From Lytechinus pictus (Eukaryota), in contig NC_087251.1 of the NCBI RefSeq assembly GCF_037042905.1, forward strand, positions 37,016,001 through 37,080,000: a DNA stretch of 64,000 bases, in the 5' to 3' direction. The translations under genes were made by a program, and so were the position numbers. Below the pieces are notes generated by a model. That model saw only the letters and a list, made by a program, of their open reading frames with translations, searched no databases and had not been told where the DNA came from. Every line of letters begins with the position of its first letter. The stretch's first letter is position 1. Positions 39,901 through 53,115 of the stretch are shown in pieces.

Positions 39901-42051
39901 TATTGCCTTTTCCCTCAAGCATAAAGGAAACAATGGAGCAGTATTCAAAATCAAGGTCATTGACCTATTTTGTTCTCTATATCTCTCCAGTTTGGTTTTG
40001 TAAAATTGATTTGTGTATTTCTTTTCATTTATCTATCTACCTAATATTTTTATTATGATCATTATTTTCTGTTCATTTATTATTATAAGTGTTTATTCTA
40101 ATCATCATCATAACTATTAATTTTATTATTATTATTACTATTATCATTATTATAATTTCATTCATTCATTTATTTATTTGTCCTTTTTATTGTAATCAAA
40201 GGGGTACTCCAGGCTGAAAATCATGGCTTGAACATATGAAGTAAAATCAAACAAACAAAATACCGAAAAAAATTATCAAAATCAGATAAGGAATGAAAAA
40301 GTTATGACAATGAAAATCTTTGCATTATTAACAGGTCTTTGCATTCGTCATGAATATTCGATGAGCTAGCTCATGCTGTCATATACTCACTTATTATATG
40401 CTTTATTATATGAAATTATCTTTTTTATTGAATCTTGCCAACAATAATGAACACGAGTTTGGATTGACAACCGACTTAACCCATATTTCATTGCTGCCAC
40501 TTATTTTGTTACAAGGTAGACATATCACAGGTATGAAAATATCAAACAATTATGATTTCATGTACTATAACATGACTTCGTTAATTGTTATCAGAATGTG
40601 ATGAAATTTTCAGCGTCTTACTTGGTGAAATTTAACTCCATTTATTCATATATCATAATTATTTTCAGCCCGGAGTGCCCCTCTAAGAGACTCTTGCAGG
40701 GAACCCGTGAATAAACATTTTTTTAGACCCGCCCCCATCCCCTCGCCCCTCGGTACGGAAAATCTCGTTAAGGCATTCAAGAGCTAAAACGCACTAATTG
40801 CATGGACCAAATTGTCACTATATTTTATTTGTTGTAAACCACATTATTTCAAACCACATTATTTCGCCTACATTCGATTTCAATACAGTATATCTGAAAA
40901 ACACATTTTTATGCCATCATCAAAGGAAAGTTCAAGATTCAGGCCCCTATTAACAGATCTGCATGGAAATTACTAAATAAATAAATACAAATACAGGTGC
41001 ATAGCATGTACAATCTTTTTCAATAGCGCCACCTTTTGACAAAATATCAGTAACCTCATCTGGGGGCCGGAGGCGAAGAAAGACTTGTGTTCAATCCTTT
41101 AGTATACACTTTTAGAAATTCCTATGTAAAATTTTAACCAGTATGAGAGTAATAATGTGTCCAATCAATTTTGGGCAGTAGTTTACACAATGCGGGAAGC
41201 ATATTGTCAAGTCAAAGGTTAAAAAGTAGCATGGGCAAAATTTTCATCACACTGGATAAATAAAAATACCCCAAAGAAATGCCCAATGTTGGTTGGACAC
41301 ATTGGAAATCTTTCTGAGACAGGTCCTTGATTTTTCTTTGCTTTATGTGTTAACAGGAATGAGACATACTTGAGTTTTAATTTAAGCTAATTGTCATTGC
41401 AAATTTACATTGAGATAAGCAAAATTCTTTACACCCTTATTCAACTGGGGGGGGGGGGGGTCAGTTTGACCCCGCCCCCCCCCCCCACGTCAAATTCGTC
41501 ACTAAGCCGCCGCGCGAAATTTTTTGACCGCGCCACTCGCCGACTTTTTAAAGTCTTGTGCATCTTTTGAGACCAAGCTTGCGACGCCCGGATAGCGACT
41601 TCCCCCCAAACCAAATACCTATGGCAAAGATTTAGAGCAATCCGATTGGTTGAAGAAACAGCTACGGGTCACGCCCATGGACAATAACAACGCCTACAAT
41701 TGGAAATCATCACGTTACTCGACAAAAAAAAGGCTTTACAATACATCACGTGACAAATAAATTGAACTAAATCAGGTATATCGGATACATTTCCCATCAT
41801 GATGATCGAGCACGCCCAGTTATAAATTAAAATATTCCACTTGCATTAGAAGTGACAACAGCATGACTTGATAGAATATTAATCTTTCAACTTCACAAAT
41901 AGGCCTACATGTATATAATTTGTTATTATATCACTTTTATTTTCTTCCCCCGCAGACCTACGTTAACCCATACACCTACAACCAGCCGCATTTGAATTCT
42001 GTGGTGGCAAAGAAGGCCCCTCTTTATTCTGGCGCCAAGCTCAACATGTGA
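24734..42051 (+). CDS. SCG5: Neuroendocrine protein 7B2 (secretogranin V) homologue, 7 coding exons, 255 aa: join(24734..24941,26969..27100,28260..28349,30643..30749,31964..32029,39688..39756,41956..42051)
   Basis: All introns are GT-AG and phase-consistent (768 nt in total). It has a signal peptide MLYVILNVLLLGALAS and the 7B2 signatures GGTGEGVQHLGAEGDIPN, PPNPCP and VNPY...LNSVVAKK. Confidence 0.92.
24984..25997 (+). mobile_element. Helentron-associated (HINE/DINE-1/pearl-like) element with internal tandem repeats, copy A
   Basis: SubTIR TGTCTCGCCTGCAT / ATGCAGGCGAGAC, short GC microsatellite, ~170-190-bp core repeats (caggtcacatgaccaaggtcaaaggtcatt), T-rich ends. Confidence 0.75.
26969..27100 (+). 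CDS. SCG5: 7B2 coding exon 2 (GGTGEGVQHLGAEGDIPNRQNPIPEVSSQYDNPPNPCPPGGDLA)
   Basis: Pyrimidine tract + CAG, donor CAG|GTATTT; contains the hallmark PPNPCP. Confidence 0.95.
28260..28349 (+). CDS. SCG5: 7B2 coding exon 3, Cys-rich (GKKPVESKVHDLICACEEGWDLKERRDCSA)
   Basis: ttttctccattttcAG acceptor, CAG|GTATAA donor; 90 nt, open, symmetric phase 1-1. Confidence 0.75.
28821..30036 (+). mobile_element. HINE-like element, copy B
   Basis: Same terminal blocks and core repeats as copy A. Confidence 0.78.
30643..30749 (+). CDS. SCG5: 7B2 coding exon 4 (APKCCMPNMPNDSEFVNQYQLTERAIKNQQLYSQTR)
   Basis: TAG acceptor, AGG|GTATGT donor; resembles the vertebrate CLENTPDTAEFSREFQ segment. Confidence 0.88.
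30789..31047. mobile_element. hAT-like MITE (relative at 52573-52893)
   Basis: CATAGGCGGCGGAAGC...GCTTCCGCCGCCAATG, 8-bp TSD ATGATAAC. Confidence 0.8.
31964..32029 (+). CDS. SCG5: 7B2 coding exon 5 (NKYSTGVKRSDHMAKKSPVYKR)
   Basis: Strong acceptor tttcatttttcAG, donor AGG|GTAGGT; 66 nt, phase 0-0. Confidence 0.82.
32662..39256. mobile_element. ~1.7-kb non-autonomous element with long imperfect TIRs, split by the giant palindrome
   Basis: GAGTGGGCTATA / TATAGCCCACTC ends. 32776-33010 plus 37874-38150 mirror 38650-39160. TTACTAT occurs on both flanks. Confidence 0.75.
33019..37873. mobile_element. 4.85-kb palindromic foldback element
   Basis: TATGAGGCGCCGAATGTACC / GGTACATTCGGCGCCTCATA. The mirrored arms contain 30-bp and 20-bp AT-rich tandem repeats, a ~700-bp unique block and ~285-bp units meeting near 35380. 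Confidence 0.9.
39688..39756 (+). CDS. SCG5: 7B2 coding exon 6 (SINSYLPGNMVRHVSKKSAYPIR)
   Basis: Strong acceptor tttcttttcacAG, donor AGG|GTAAGA; 69 nt, phase 0-0; CT-peptide-like. Confidence 0.87.
40200..40682. mobile_element. Kolobok-like MITE (diverged)
   Basis: AGGGGTACTCCAGGCTGAAAA / TTTTCAGCCCGGAGTGCCCCT. Confidence 0.55.
41956..42051 (+). CDS. SCG5: 7B2 last coding exon (TYVNPYTYNQPHLNSVVAKKAPLYSGAKLNM*)
   Basis: Acceptor tttcttcccccgcAG; VNPY..VVAKK motif; TGA at 42049-42051. Confidence 0.92.
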   Translation, partial: TYVNPYTYNQPHLNSVVAKKAPLYSGAKLNM

Positions 42052-44646
42052 AAACATCAATCTTTATCTCTCTCTCTCTCTCTCTCTTCGTCTCACCCCC
42101 CCCCCTTCCACGCCCTCTTTCCTCTCATCCTATTTCTCTAATTCCAGTCCCCACTACCCCTACTAACTAACCCAACTTAAAAGACTGGTATTTCGTGTAT
42201 TGTTAATCATGGTGTGTTTACTTGATTCCATATTTCCGAATGAAAAAAAAACTGTTCCTTTAACAAAGTTCAATTTGGATCATAGTCATACAGGCAGATA
42301 AGCGTTGGATTTGGTAAAATAAATCGAATGAATAATTATTGATTCTTTCTAGAATTGTCAAAAAGAAAGTGATGTGCGAAAACATAATGCTTAAATGTTA
42401 AATATCTTAAATATCTTACATTTAATTTTGAGGTATTATGTATCTGCCCACGCTGTATTTTCAAAATGTACTTGAAGTGATATTATCAAAGACGCGTGGA
42501 TTACTGGAGATAACGGATGTTAAAATCGATAAATCCAATAAGCTCTGACTAGGATCAGCTGAGAAAGGTTAGTGATCATTTTTAAAATCTTCTTTCTCAA
42601 AATTATATCTTTTTAAAATATGAGTCTGCAATATATGAATTCATCTTTATATAGTATGTTTTCTCTCTAAATTTTTTCTTTCTATCTATCTTTCTTTTTC
42701 TTTCTTTCTTCTTTTCTTTCTTCCCTCCTTCCATCCTTACTCCCTTCCTTCCATGCATCTTTCTTTCTTTCCTTCCTCCCTTTCTTTCTTTGTTTCTTTT
42801 TCTTTCTTTCTTTCTTCCTTTCTTTTTGTTCTCCTGCGTTTCTTTTATATCATTTTCTCCTATTCTGTAATTACCCTATGTATTCATTATATTCCGTTCA
42901 TTATTACTCCCCCCCTTATCTGCTCCTTTGTTTCTACGATTTACTTTTTTTCTTCTTTCTTAAATGTTTCTTTTTATTTCTTAAAATTACATTTACTCAC
43001 ATTTCTATCTTCTCTTTCCCCTAATACATCTCTTTCTTGTCACATACATTAATGCTTATTTGGGGGTGATAATATTCATAATAGTTATACGATTTAATTT
43101 GAATTAAGCCACTGAAATCGTTTAATCTTTTAAACGTTCTGCAAATTCTGCTATCAATTTAATTTTACTCGGGCTGTGTACATAGAAGTGCATTGATTAT
43201 TGCTATAATAATTGCATTATTTTTCATTTCTAGTAAATACGACGCCTTATGAGTGACATAAATGTGTAGAAAATATCACGATTAATTCAAGGTTTCTTAG
43301 ATTGATATCAACTTTAATGCTATGATGACGTTGATGATTTGTTGCTATAATTTCAATACTGCACCTATATAGGGCTTTTGGATAAAACGAAATATTGTCG
43401 CCCTGAAACTTCGTTTCAACATTTTGGTAAATTTCATCTGCTGTAAATGAGCATGCAATATATAAATCTTGTTCATAGTGAGTGAAGTACACATTAATGT
43501 GAGTAATATTCGGTATTTTTACAATAACTCATAGACGTTTACTCTGGTAGTTTGACCAAACAGTTGAATTCTCTTTCGACAAACACGGTTTGCACACGCA
43601 GCGGCTATCATAGAAATATAGAAAAGTATGATTCATATTTCGCATAAATTTGTAAAGTTAATATAATCAAGTTGAAATATCATATCACAATAAGTCGTGT
43701 GTATCTTGACTGCAGTATGTCTTTTATTTGCACATGTAAATAAAATTATATTGTGAAGAGTATCATAGAATTAAGATGTAATTATGAAATGTACATAATA
43801 TTATTGTAGAGATATTTATGGGTATAATAAATCACACTAATTCATTAACGTAATTGTTATTTATACGACTCGAGTATTCTCCCGACCAAGAAAGTGCAAT
43901 ACGCGAAATAGCCTTGTAAAATAAGCAATTTCTGTTAATACAATGCCAGATAAATTGATTGGATTCGATTTCATCTTCATATACTATAATATTATATTGT
44001 TATAAGAAGTCATGTTTCATAGAGTTCTGAAAAGAAAGTTCCCTTGATGCGACCTCATCTTTGTAATCGTAAAGGCCGTACATCACCAACAGGGATGTCG
44101 CCGCGCGACGCATCCAATTATTTTCATTTCAATAATTACTGTCAAGGGCAAATCTGCGACAAAAATGTTCTCATAAAGGTGCGAATTTTAGGAGATTAAT
44201 CGGAGTCGTCACGAGTCGGGTGTCAATCAATATCCGCGTGAAAGTAGCGGACACGTCTATGTGACGTCACTGGGACGTCTTGACAATCGCAACGACGCGT
44301 CGCGACGTCTTTAGGACGTTTCCAGGATGTCTCAGAAACAAAATAATCTCTAAAAATGGTGAGAAATCTTGCAAATTTTCTTTGTGGCGGATACAGAATA
44401 GATTTTGATTGAGTAAAACATGACAGTTTTTCACATTCACACCATTTAATTGTTCAAGAATTTATGATATCATACTGTCAGATGATCCTTAAGGTTTTTT
44501 AAATAAAAATGGCCATGATTCGCGAATGTTCCTGGTCACCCTACTGGTGGACACGTTGCTCTAACTGATCAAATCTAGACACCTGAATTTTTCTTACTCT
44601 CAACACAAGACTGAACCGATTGGTCTCTTTAATGGCAGAGACAGAG

Positions 44647-44797
44647 CAGGGGCCCGTTGCAGAAAGAGTTGCAATCAATCGCAACTCTAAAAATCATGCG
44701 CAACTTGATTTTCAACCAATCAACAGCGCGCATTTGGGACTTGCGATTGATTTTTTGACTTGCGTTTAAACGCAACTCTTTCTGCAACGGACCCCTG
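44647..44797. mobile_element. Small MITE
   Basis: CCGTTGCAGAAAGAGTTGC / GCAACTCTTTCTGCAACGG TIR. Confidence 0.7.
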
Positions 44798-45849
44798 AGC
44801 TGTTCTTGATCCAGCCATCCAAGCTGGATAATTACACATGCATCATCACATGGACCTATCCACGGAGGATTATCTGTTGTTACTGGGGGTGCTGTGACAA
44901 TGCTCAGCACCCCCAGTAACAATAGAATAATCCTCCGTGGATAGGTCCATGCATCGTCATCGTCAAAAAGATATTCTTCTTCGTATGTTGTCATAAATTG
45001 AGAAAACCATGATTGTTAATTGGTATTTTAAGTATTAAATCCAAATGTAAAATGCTTGTAGTAAACTATATTTTGAAAATTAAAAACTAATAATGTATGT
45101 TTATGATTTATCGAGATACTGGCAAAATCAATAAATTCCCTCACAGTAATTGCTTCTGCTGCATGTCGTTTTGCATTTTCTTAAACGTTGTGATGAGTTT
45201 CTGTATGTAAATAATTATGTTGGGGGAAATGATATAAATTTCTGCAGAAGAAATTGGCATCTAACCATCACCTGCCAGTAGCATATATAGTATAGGCCTA
45301 CACTCTAAAAAAAAATGGGTAATAGTGCTCAATGAGGGTAGTTATGTGTCCAACCAACATTGGGCGTTTCTTTTGGGCATTTTTTTATTTATCCAGTGTG
45401 ATGAAAATTTTGCCCATTCTAAAGTAATTGCAGCTTATTTTTTAAACCTTACTGGATAGTATGCTTCCCGCATCGGGTAAAATACTGCCCCAAATTGGTT
45501 GGACACATAATCACCCTTGTGGTAGTAAAAATTTTACCCAAAATATTTTACAGTGCAATAAACCTAATTTATCTAACATTTTTTTTTGCGAAATGTATGA
45601 TATTATAGTTTACATATGTGCTGTTTCGAGAATAAATGAACACATTGTTATGATGGGTGAAATTAGGCACTGCTGAAAAAAAAACATTCACATGTCTCGA
45701 AAGGTGCGGTACAATTCTGTAATGTAACCAACATCTCAATGGCCTCAGGAAATCAAAGGGAATTGGGAGCAGTTTTATGATTCCGGACTTTTCGCATTTC
45801 CTCGGAGGAAACTCTCCAACGCGCCAATTCCTTTGAAAATGCAAGTCAA

Positions 45850-46026
45850 ATCACAATGGAGAGCTGAGAGGCTTTTGTCGAAAGTTGATGGACCGGAACA
45901 GCATCGGAATCTCTTGATTCTGGACAATATCATTTTTATCATTTTTCTTCCTTGGCGAATCTTCGGATGATCTGCTGTCCCAGTCCAACAACTTTCGACA
46001 AAAGCCTCTCAGCTCTCCATTGTGAT
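45850..46026. mobile_element. Hairpin/MITE with ~40-50-bp arms
   Basis: ATCACAATGGAGAGCTGAGAGGCTTTTGTCGAAAGTTG and its exact reverse complement. Confidence 0.7.
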
Positions 46027-46732
46027 ATTGCTAACAATATATAATTTATATGCACTGACATAGCAACGCACCTTGCTCATTGCACAACAAAATGAAAAAA
46101 TTATTGCTCTTCTTTTTCTTCTTTTGAAGCCCCTCTCTCCTGTCTTAATTGAATTAATTACTGTTGGATTTGACTTAATCGACAAAATGATCTGGGCCCT
46201 GTTGCATAAAAGTTTATGTATTGATTTATGTCATGATTTATGTCACGATTTATGTCATACAGCATAAATCACGCTATAAAATCATGACATAAATCCATTT
46301 GAATGACATAAATTTATGTTGTGATTAAAATCAAGACATAAGCGGCGGCTTTCCGCAAGAAGTGACTGAAGGGTAATTTCACGATTATTTTTTTTTATTA
46401 TGCCCTCTGTAATTTGATGATATTTTGAGTTTTACTTGGACTTTCGAAATAATTTTTGTGTCATTGGATAGCGTATGATGTATTCTTTCAATATTTGAAA
46501 AACTAACAATCATAAATATTTCCCTTATTTTTATAACCAAAACTAGGCCTAAGCTTTAATAGTTAATGTGTTTACTTCGTTGAGGATAGGACATTTTCCT
46601 TAGAATAATATCATAATTTAAATATCAACGTCACATATTTTACAAGCACCACCCCTCCCTCCCAAAATAATGCTAATAACTCTGACTTTCAGTCTAGAAT
46701 CGCCCCTTTTGTGCTTAATTCAGATGTGATTA

Positions 46733-47422
46733 AACAAGAAGTTTGCTACACACATTGGCTGATTTCAAGTCCGGTGTTGGCGTTGATGTTGGAAGTTGGA
46801 TATTCCCCCTAGCTCCAAAACATATTTTGTGTGTTGGAAATCATGTTACCATGGTAACGGCATACTATATGACAAAAAATGGTAAAACATTTTCAGGTTT
46901 AATTACTTCATCAATTTTCAACCAATTCTCATGAAATTTGGTTCACACATTAAGTTAGAAGTAAAGGTGTGACAGACACATATTTTGTGTGTGTCGAAAA
47001 TTGTGTTGCCATGGTTACAACATATTATAGGCCCCAAATTAGGTTTAAAAAATCTATTGGTTCCAACTACTTGATTAGTTTTCAACCAATTCTCATGAAA
47101 TTTTGCTCACACATTTGCCTCGAGGTAAAGATGTACAAGACATATTTTTGCATGTGTCTGAAATCGTGTTGCCATGGTAACATTATACAATATGTCCAAA
47201 ATTAGGCAAAAATCTTGAGGTTCAAACTACTTCATCAGCAATTCTCATGACTTGATCACACATACTGTACATGTAGGTCTTGGGTAAAGATGGGCAATAA
47301 ATATATTTTTTCCATGTGTTGGAAACTGTTGCCATGATAACGGCGTAGGGCAGGGGTATTAATCACCTTCATTGATAGTTCTAGTTTAAGTTACCCCAAA
47401 ATTTTGCTTGCTCGCAGTTTTT
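46733..47422. repeat. Interspersed element with ~160-bp degenerate internal repeats (possibly a second HINE-like family)
   Basis: Recurring caaccaattctcatgaaatt...tgttgccatggtaac blocks. Confidence 0.45.
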
Positions 47423-49881
47423 TGAAATTTTGCCCTTTACACCATGTCTGCCCTATAAAAATTTAAATTCCTGAAGCCACCCCTTTAAACTAAAAGAAAA
47501 CTCCTTTGCAGAGAACAATATTTATATCAGTCATCCCCAAACCATTAACTCCGATTGACAACTATGCATATATCCCTGTAATAATTTATTCATTATTTTT
47601 CTAATTCTATATAATTTCAGTTGTCTATTTTATAAGCGTGTCATGGAACCCTCTTGCCTGAGCAGTTTGGGCGAGGGTCACACATTTGGAAGCACAGTGG
47701 GGCAATTTCGTCAAGAAAATATTTGACATAAAATATAAATAAATAAATAAATAAATGAATAAATAAATAAATAAATAAATAGGCCTAAATAAAAATGTTC
47801 CTCACTTCAGAACAATGGTCTAATCCAATGGTTTGGTTTATTGTTTTTTGCTAAGAAAAAAATAAAAGAGATACGGTTTTCCTTGCCCAAAACTGGCCAA
47901 GATGGGGCGATGGGGGGGGGGGGCACTTAAAAAAAAAATGCCCACTTATTGTCCAAATTTCAAGAGGAGTGCATATGAGGGGCCACTACTCATCACAGCT
48001 TTGTGCCTAAATTGGGACACATTCATGCCACCTGTATCCCTTGATCCATGCCTCTGTCACCCATCATTTATATTTTTTTCATCTTTAAGCACCTGGCCAT
48101 TTTCTTTCTATCTCTCATCAAATGTAACCAACCCCCTCCCCAAAAAATGCTTTATCATATTTTTACATTTCATTATCTTCCACCCTCCGAGGTTGGCCCA
48201 CTATCATTCTCGAAATTTATCTCTTTAATTCTCTATACATCTCTCTAACTCTGTTAATGACTTCTTCACATTTCTACTTTTTTCCTCTCCCTTCTCCCAT
48301 TCTAATTCACCTCGCCTCTCTCTCTCTCTTTCTCTCATTATTCCTTATACAGTGTAATTTTTGCATATCTGGATCTTTCAAATTTTTTCATGATATTTCC
48401 TTTTCATTTCTCGCCCTTGCTAATTCAAATCTTCATCTCAATCAATTATTTTTCTAATTTGACAATTCATGGGACAACTATTGGTTTTAACTGGTATCAA
48501 TTGGTTTGATATTCCAGTATGGTTAATGGGTTTAAGATGGCATTAACTGGTATATGCACCCATTGAGTTTCTATGGGTTCCAACTGGCATCAAATGGTCC
48601 AGTTTGGCTTATGGGTTTTAAACTGGAATATATTGGTAGATAAACCAGCAAGGCCTATTGGTTTTAACTGGTATTAACTGGTGTACTAATTTATACCAGT
48701 ATAGTTAATTGGTTTCAACTGGAATCAACTTGTATGTTTTCAGCATGTCCAGTTGGGAAAATTGGTTTCAACTGGAATATACTGGTATGATGGGAGTTTA
48801 CCAGTTGTGCCAATTGGTTTCAACTGGTCCCAGTTAAATCCAGTTGAAACCAGTTAAAATTTCAACTGGTTTCAACTGTTTTTTTTTACCTGGGTTCAGA
48901 GTTTATAAAAAAATAATCCTACAATTTTCTACAAATATTAATTACTATTTCTAGTAGGGAAACGTGTGTTCTGAGGGGCAAATCATATTTTAACCCCACC
49001 CCTCTTCCTCCCGATTCATTGAAAGCAACAAAACAAAGAGATGAAGCAAAAAGAATGACATTTTGTGTAAATTTATTACTTTTAAAATAAATACACACCA
49101 AAATTTGTAAAACAATATAATCTTTTCACCTGTCCCATGTCCTTTAATCATGACTGTATAAACATGATTAAAAGAGGTACATACACATACAAAAATATTT
49201 CATTATCAGTTGTTAACACTTAATGTATAAAATATAAGAAAAAATTATAATTCATAATTATTTTTTGCTTTTTTAAAGTAGTTTCAACTTGTCTTTTAAT
49301 TTACTTGATTTATTTGGGTTCAATATACATTTAAGAATATTCACGTACTGCTAGCTTGCTTCAATTGAGTGAATCTAACTTAATTAGGCAAAGATGATTA
49401 TTACTTATAAAATCATGTTGAATGTACTTATATTTTCAATTAACGCCTTATTGAAATAATGCATGAATATTCATTAGAGCAAGTCATTTTTTTTTTACTG
49501 TCATAGGCCTATCTATTTGTGTTTGAAATTGTTTTGGATAAGGGTGTGCATTTTATTCTTTTGTTGAATTAAAGATTGAGCAACATTAAATTTAGCAGAA
49601 AATTTCAGATTTCTTTTTAGGTTTTCGGAAAATGCTTATATTTTTCTCATTGTTTTATTTGTAAGAATGAAACGATCGCGTATAAATATCTGTCAGTACC
49701 TATACATGTACAGGCAAGTGACAATGCACAAAGTCTAATATTTGGATAAAAGATGTTTAAGATGAAAATGATGCCACTAAAAGTGGGACGATGGGGGGAG
49801 CGGACTTTTTAATCACGAAAGTCCACTCCCCCATTTGATTTTTTCAAATATTTTAGTGATTGTTTTACTTAATTGAATTAA

Positions 49882-50463
49882 AGGAGAATGAAACTCTTGG
49901 AGCAAGTTAGCTTTTGTGAAAGCAGAAAAATCAAAGAATAAGATCAACAAAAGTTTGACTAAAAAAGGACTAGCAATAGAAGAGTTGAGCATTTGAATGT
50001 CGAGATCACTAATGCTATGGAGATCCTCCTTTTGGCAATGCGACCAAGATCTATGATGTCACAGATGAACAACTCTCCCCTTTTGGACACTGAAAATATA
50101 CCCCAAAACATCTCTTTTTGCTCATTCTAATCATTATGACAAACGATTCATCAATGATATAATGTTGTGAAACCTCTGTACTTGTCCTCTCATAAAGAGA
50201 ATACCTCACCTTGTGATAGACTCTATAAAAGTGAGAATATAAGTGAAATAAGTACTAAAGTAATGAGGGAGTTGTACGTGTGTGACATCACAGATCTTGG
50301 TCACATTGCCAATGGGAGGATCTACATGGCATTAGTGATCTCAATATTCAAATGCTCATAACTTTCTTATTATTCATTCAATCTTCCTCAAACTTTCAAC
50401 AATATGTTTCTTTGATTTTTCTCTTTGATATGGATTCAGCTGGTTTCAAGGGTTTCATTCTCC
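49882..50463. mobile_element. Kolobok-like MITE, full copy
   Basis: TTAA|AGGAGAATGAAAC...GTTTCATTCTCC|TTAA. Confidence 0.75.
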
Positions 50464-50743
50464 TTAAGTTATTGTAACTTAATTTTCTTGAGTAAAAATG
50501 GATGCAAAGAAAAAAAAGTAAATTTTACTTAAAACTGCCAAACTCATAAATACTGGAAAAAATTTAAGTAATTTTTTGCCACAATTTTATACAGTCATTT
50601 CAACAATTTTTTTTTTACAGTGTCGATTCAAATGAAATATATTATTCATATCCTAAATGAATACAATACCTAAATCAAGTGTACAACTACAAACATGACA
50701 TAATACATTAAAAAAAAAACATGAATAACTATATCGCATTTGT

Positions 50744-51903
50744 ATGCTTAATAGACTTACTGATTATTTTTCGGACAACAATTTATTTGATCCCTTTCAA
50801 TCTGCATATCGTCCCAAACATAGTGTGGAAACTCTCCTGGTCAATGTGTCCAACTCTATTCTTCAGGGTATGGACAAAGGAAATATCTCAGCCATGTTCT
50901 TACTCGACTTGTCTTCTGCTTTCGATACCGTCAACCATACTGTTCTACTTAATACACTCAGTTCATTTGGTGTTAGGGGTCAGGCATATGAATGGTTTCA
51001 GTCATATCTTTCCTGTCACTCGCAGATTGTCTGTATTAACGACTGCAAATCTAGTAGTATGCCTCTCTCTCACGGTGTACCGCAGGGTTCTGTGGGCGGG
51101 CCCACTTTGTTTTTGATTTACCTGATTAGTTTGGGACATATCTTACAATGCCATAACATCAATTATCATATCTATGCCGATGACATCCAACTCTATCTCT
51201 CCTTCAAACCAAACCAGGCTGATGCAACAAATGCAATCGCCCTTCTTGAGAATTGTTTAGCTGACATTCACTCCTGGCTGGATAGTCATTCATTGAAATT
51301 GAATCCGTCCAAAACTGAGTTTCTTTTATTTGGTTCAAGGGCTCAACTTAGTAAGGTCAAGTTGTCATCGGTCTCTTTTTCGGGATGTACCATTAATGTG
51401 TCCCAGACGTGTCGTAACCTAGGGGTCATGTTTGATTGTGGAATGTCTATGTCAAATCAAATAACCACCATTTGTAGGTCTGTAAGGTATCAGCTACGTA
51501 ATATTGGGTTCATCAGGAAATATTTGTCAAAATCTGCTACTGAAAAATTGGTCCATGCTCTGATTTCTTCACGACTTGATTTCGGGAATGCCTTACTCTA
51601 CAATTTACACAACACCTAAACTCCAAAAGCTCCAGAACGCTGCAGCACGTTTGGTCACCTATCTAACAAACATGTTCATATCACACCCATTCTGAAATCT
51701 CTTCATTGGTTAAAGGTTAACGATCGCATCATCTTCAAAATCCTTCTCCTTGTATTCCATGCAATTAATGGCTCTGCTCCACAGTACAATATTAATCTAA
51801 TCAGCAAATACACTCCAGTCAGGTCCCTACGTTCATCCAACTCTGGTTCCCTAGTTATTCCTAAATCCGTTAAGACATGGGGGGTTCGGGCTATTGCTCA
51901 CGC
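50744..51903 (+). pseudogene. 5'-truncated L2/CR1-type LINE reverse transcriptase, left part (open 50744-51619, then frameshifted)
   Basis: Motifs QSAYRPKHSVET, LLDLSSAFDTVNH, GVPQGS, YADDIQLY, LKLNPSKTE and SRLDFGN; degenerate LHWL..RI.FKILLL downstream. Confidence 0.9.
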
Positions 51904-53115
51904 GGTTACAGCCCGATAGACCGCGGGTCCGATAGACCGCGGGTCCGATAGCCCGCGGGTCCGATAGTCCGCGGGTCCGATAGACCGCGGGTCCGATAGA
52001 CCGCGGGTCCGATAGACCGCGGGTCCGATAGTCCGCGGGTCCGATAGACCGCGGGTCCGATAGCCCGCGGTGTGTGTAAAATTATGGTCAGGATATAGTG
52101 AGATCCAATGCCATCAAGAGGTCAAAAGGCCAATGATAAGGCGAGTCCATTGGGGTTCTATAACGATGACCCAAAGGACAATCGCCCCCTGACATCTACT
52201 TCAAGGAAAATATTATCCCCATATTTTATCGTCAGGGACTGTTACCTCCCCCCCGGAAATTTACCCTCTAGACGCCATACGGAGCCATCGACTTGACGAC
52301 ATGGCGAGATACTTTATCTTGCAATGTCGACTAAATAATGGCGCGATACGTTATCCTGCCAAGTCAGTCCACTTATAAAAAGTTATATGTCAACATGGCG
52401 AGATATTTTATCTTGCCAAGTCGACTTAAATAATTTACATGTCAACATAGCGATATACAGTGTGTATCGGGATTCTCGCCGGGGCTTGTACACTTCATAT
52501 CTCGCCATGTGGACATATCGACTTGACAAGATAGAATATATCGCTATGTCAAAATAATAAGCGTATTAATTACTTAGGCGGCGGAAGCGGGGGGGGGGGA
52601 CCTTTCCTCCTAAATTTGAGGTGGGGGACGGTCCCCCCTAGATTTTTAGTTGAGAACCTTTTTTTTGCTTGTCAATTTGTTTTCTACGTCCCCCCTAAAT
52701 TGAGGTGGACCCCCCCTAAAATCTTTTTGTCCCCCTAATTTTGGTTTATAACCTTTTTTCTTGTCAAACATTTTTCAAAATTGGTGGTCCTTCCTATAAA
52801 TTTTGGTTGATTTGCTTGTCAATTTTTTTACCTGTGTCCATCCCAAAATTTCAGGTGGACCCCCCTAAATTTTTTTGCCTTCCGCCGCCAATGATTAATC
52901 AAGACATGGCAAGATAAAGTACCACGCCATGTCGTCACGTTAATGGCATTTTCAAGGCTCCATACTAGGGGTAATTATCCGGGGTAATTATCTGGAGGGT
53001 AAATTTCCGGGGGGGGGGGGGTATCAGTCCCCGCCGGTAAAAATATGGGGATAATATTTTCCTTGAAGTAGTTGTCAGGGGGTGATTGCCCTAATTGGGT
53101 TATTGTTATAGAACC

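Noticed and set aside
44629..44994. 121-aa minus-strand ORF with a hydrophobic stretch
   Set aside because: It runs through a MITE (44647-44797) and another inverted repeat (~44846-44950), with no splice or homology support.
45850..46026. Possible pre-miRNA hairpin
   Set aside because: Perfect long arms around a large loop fit a MITE better; there is no expression evidence.
51910..52070. 17-bp GC-rich repeat array, superficially CRISPR-like
   Set aside because: The units are contiguous with no unique spacers, the array is mirrored at 57165-57275 as part of a TIR, and there are no cas genes in this eukaryotic DNA.
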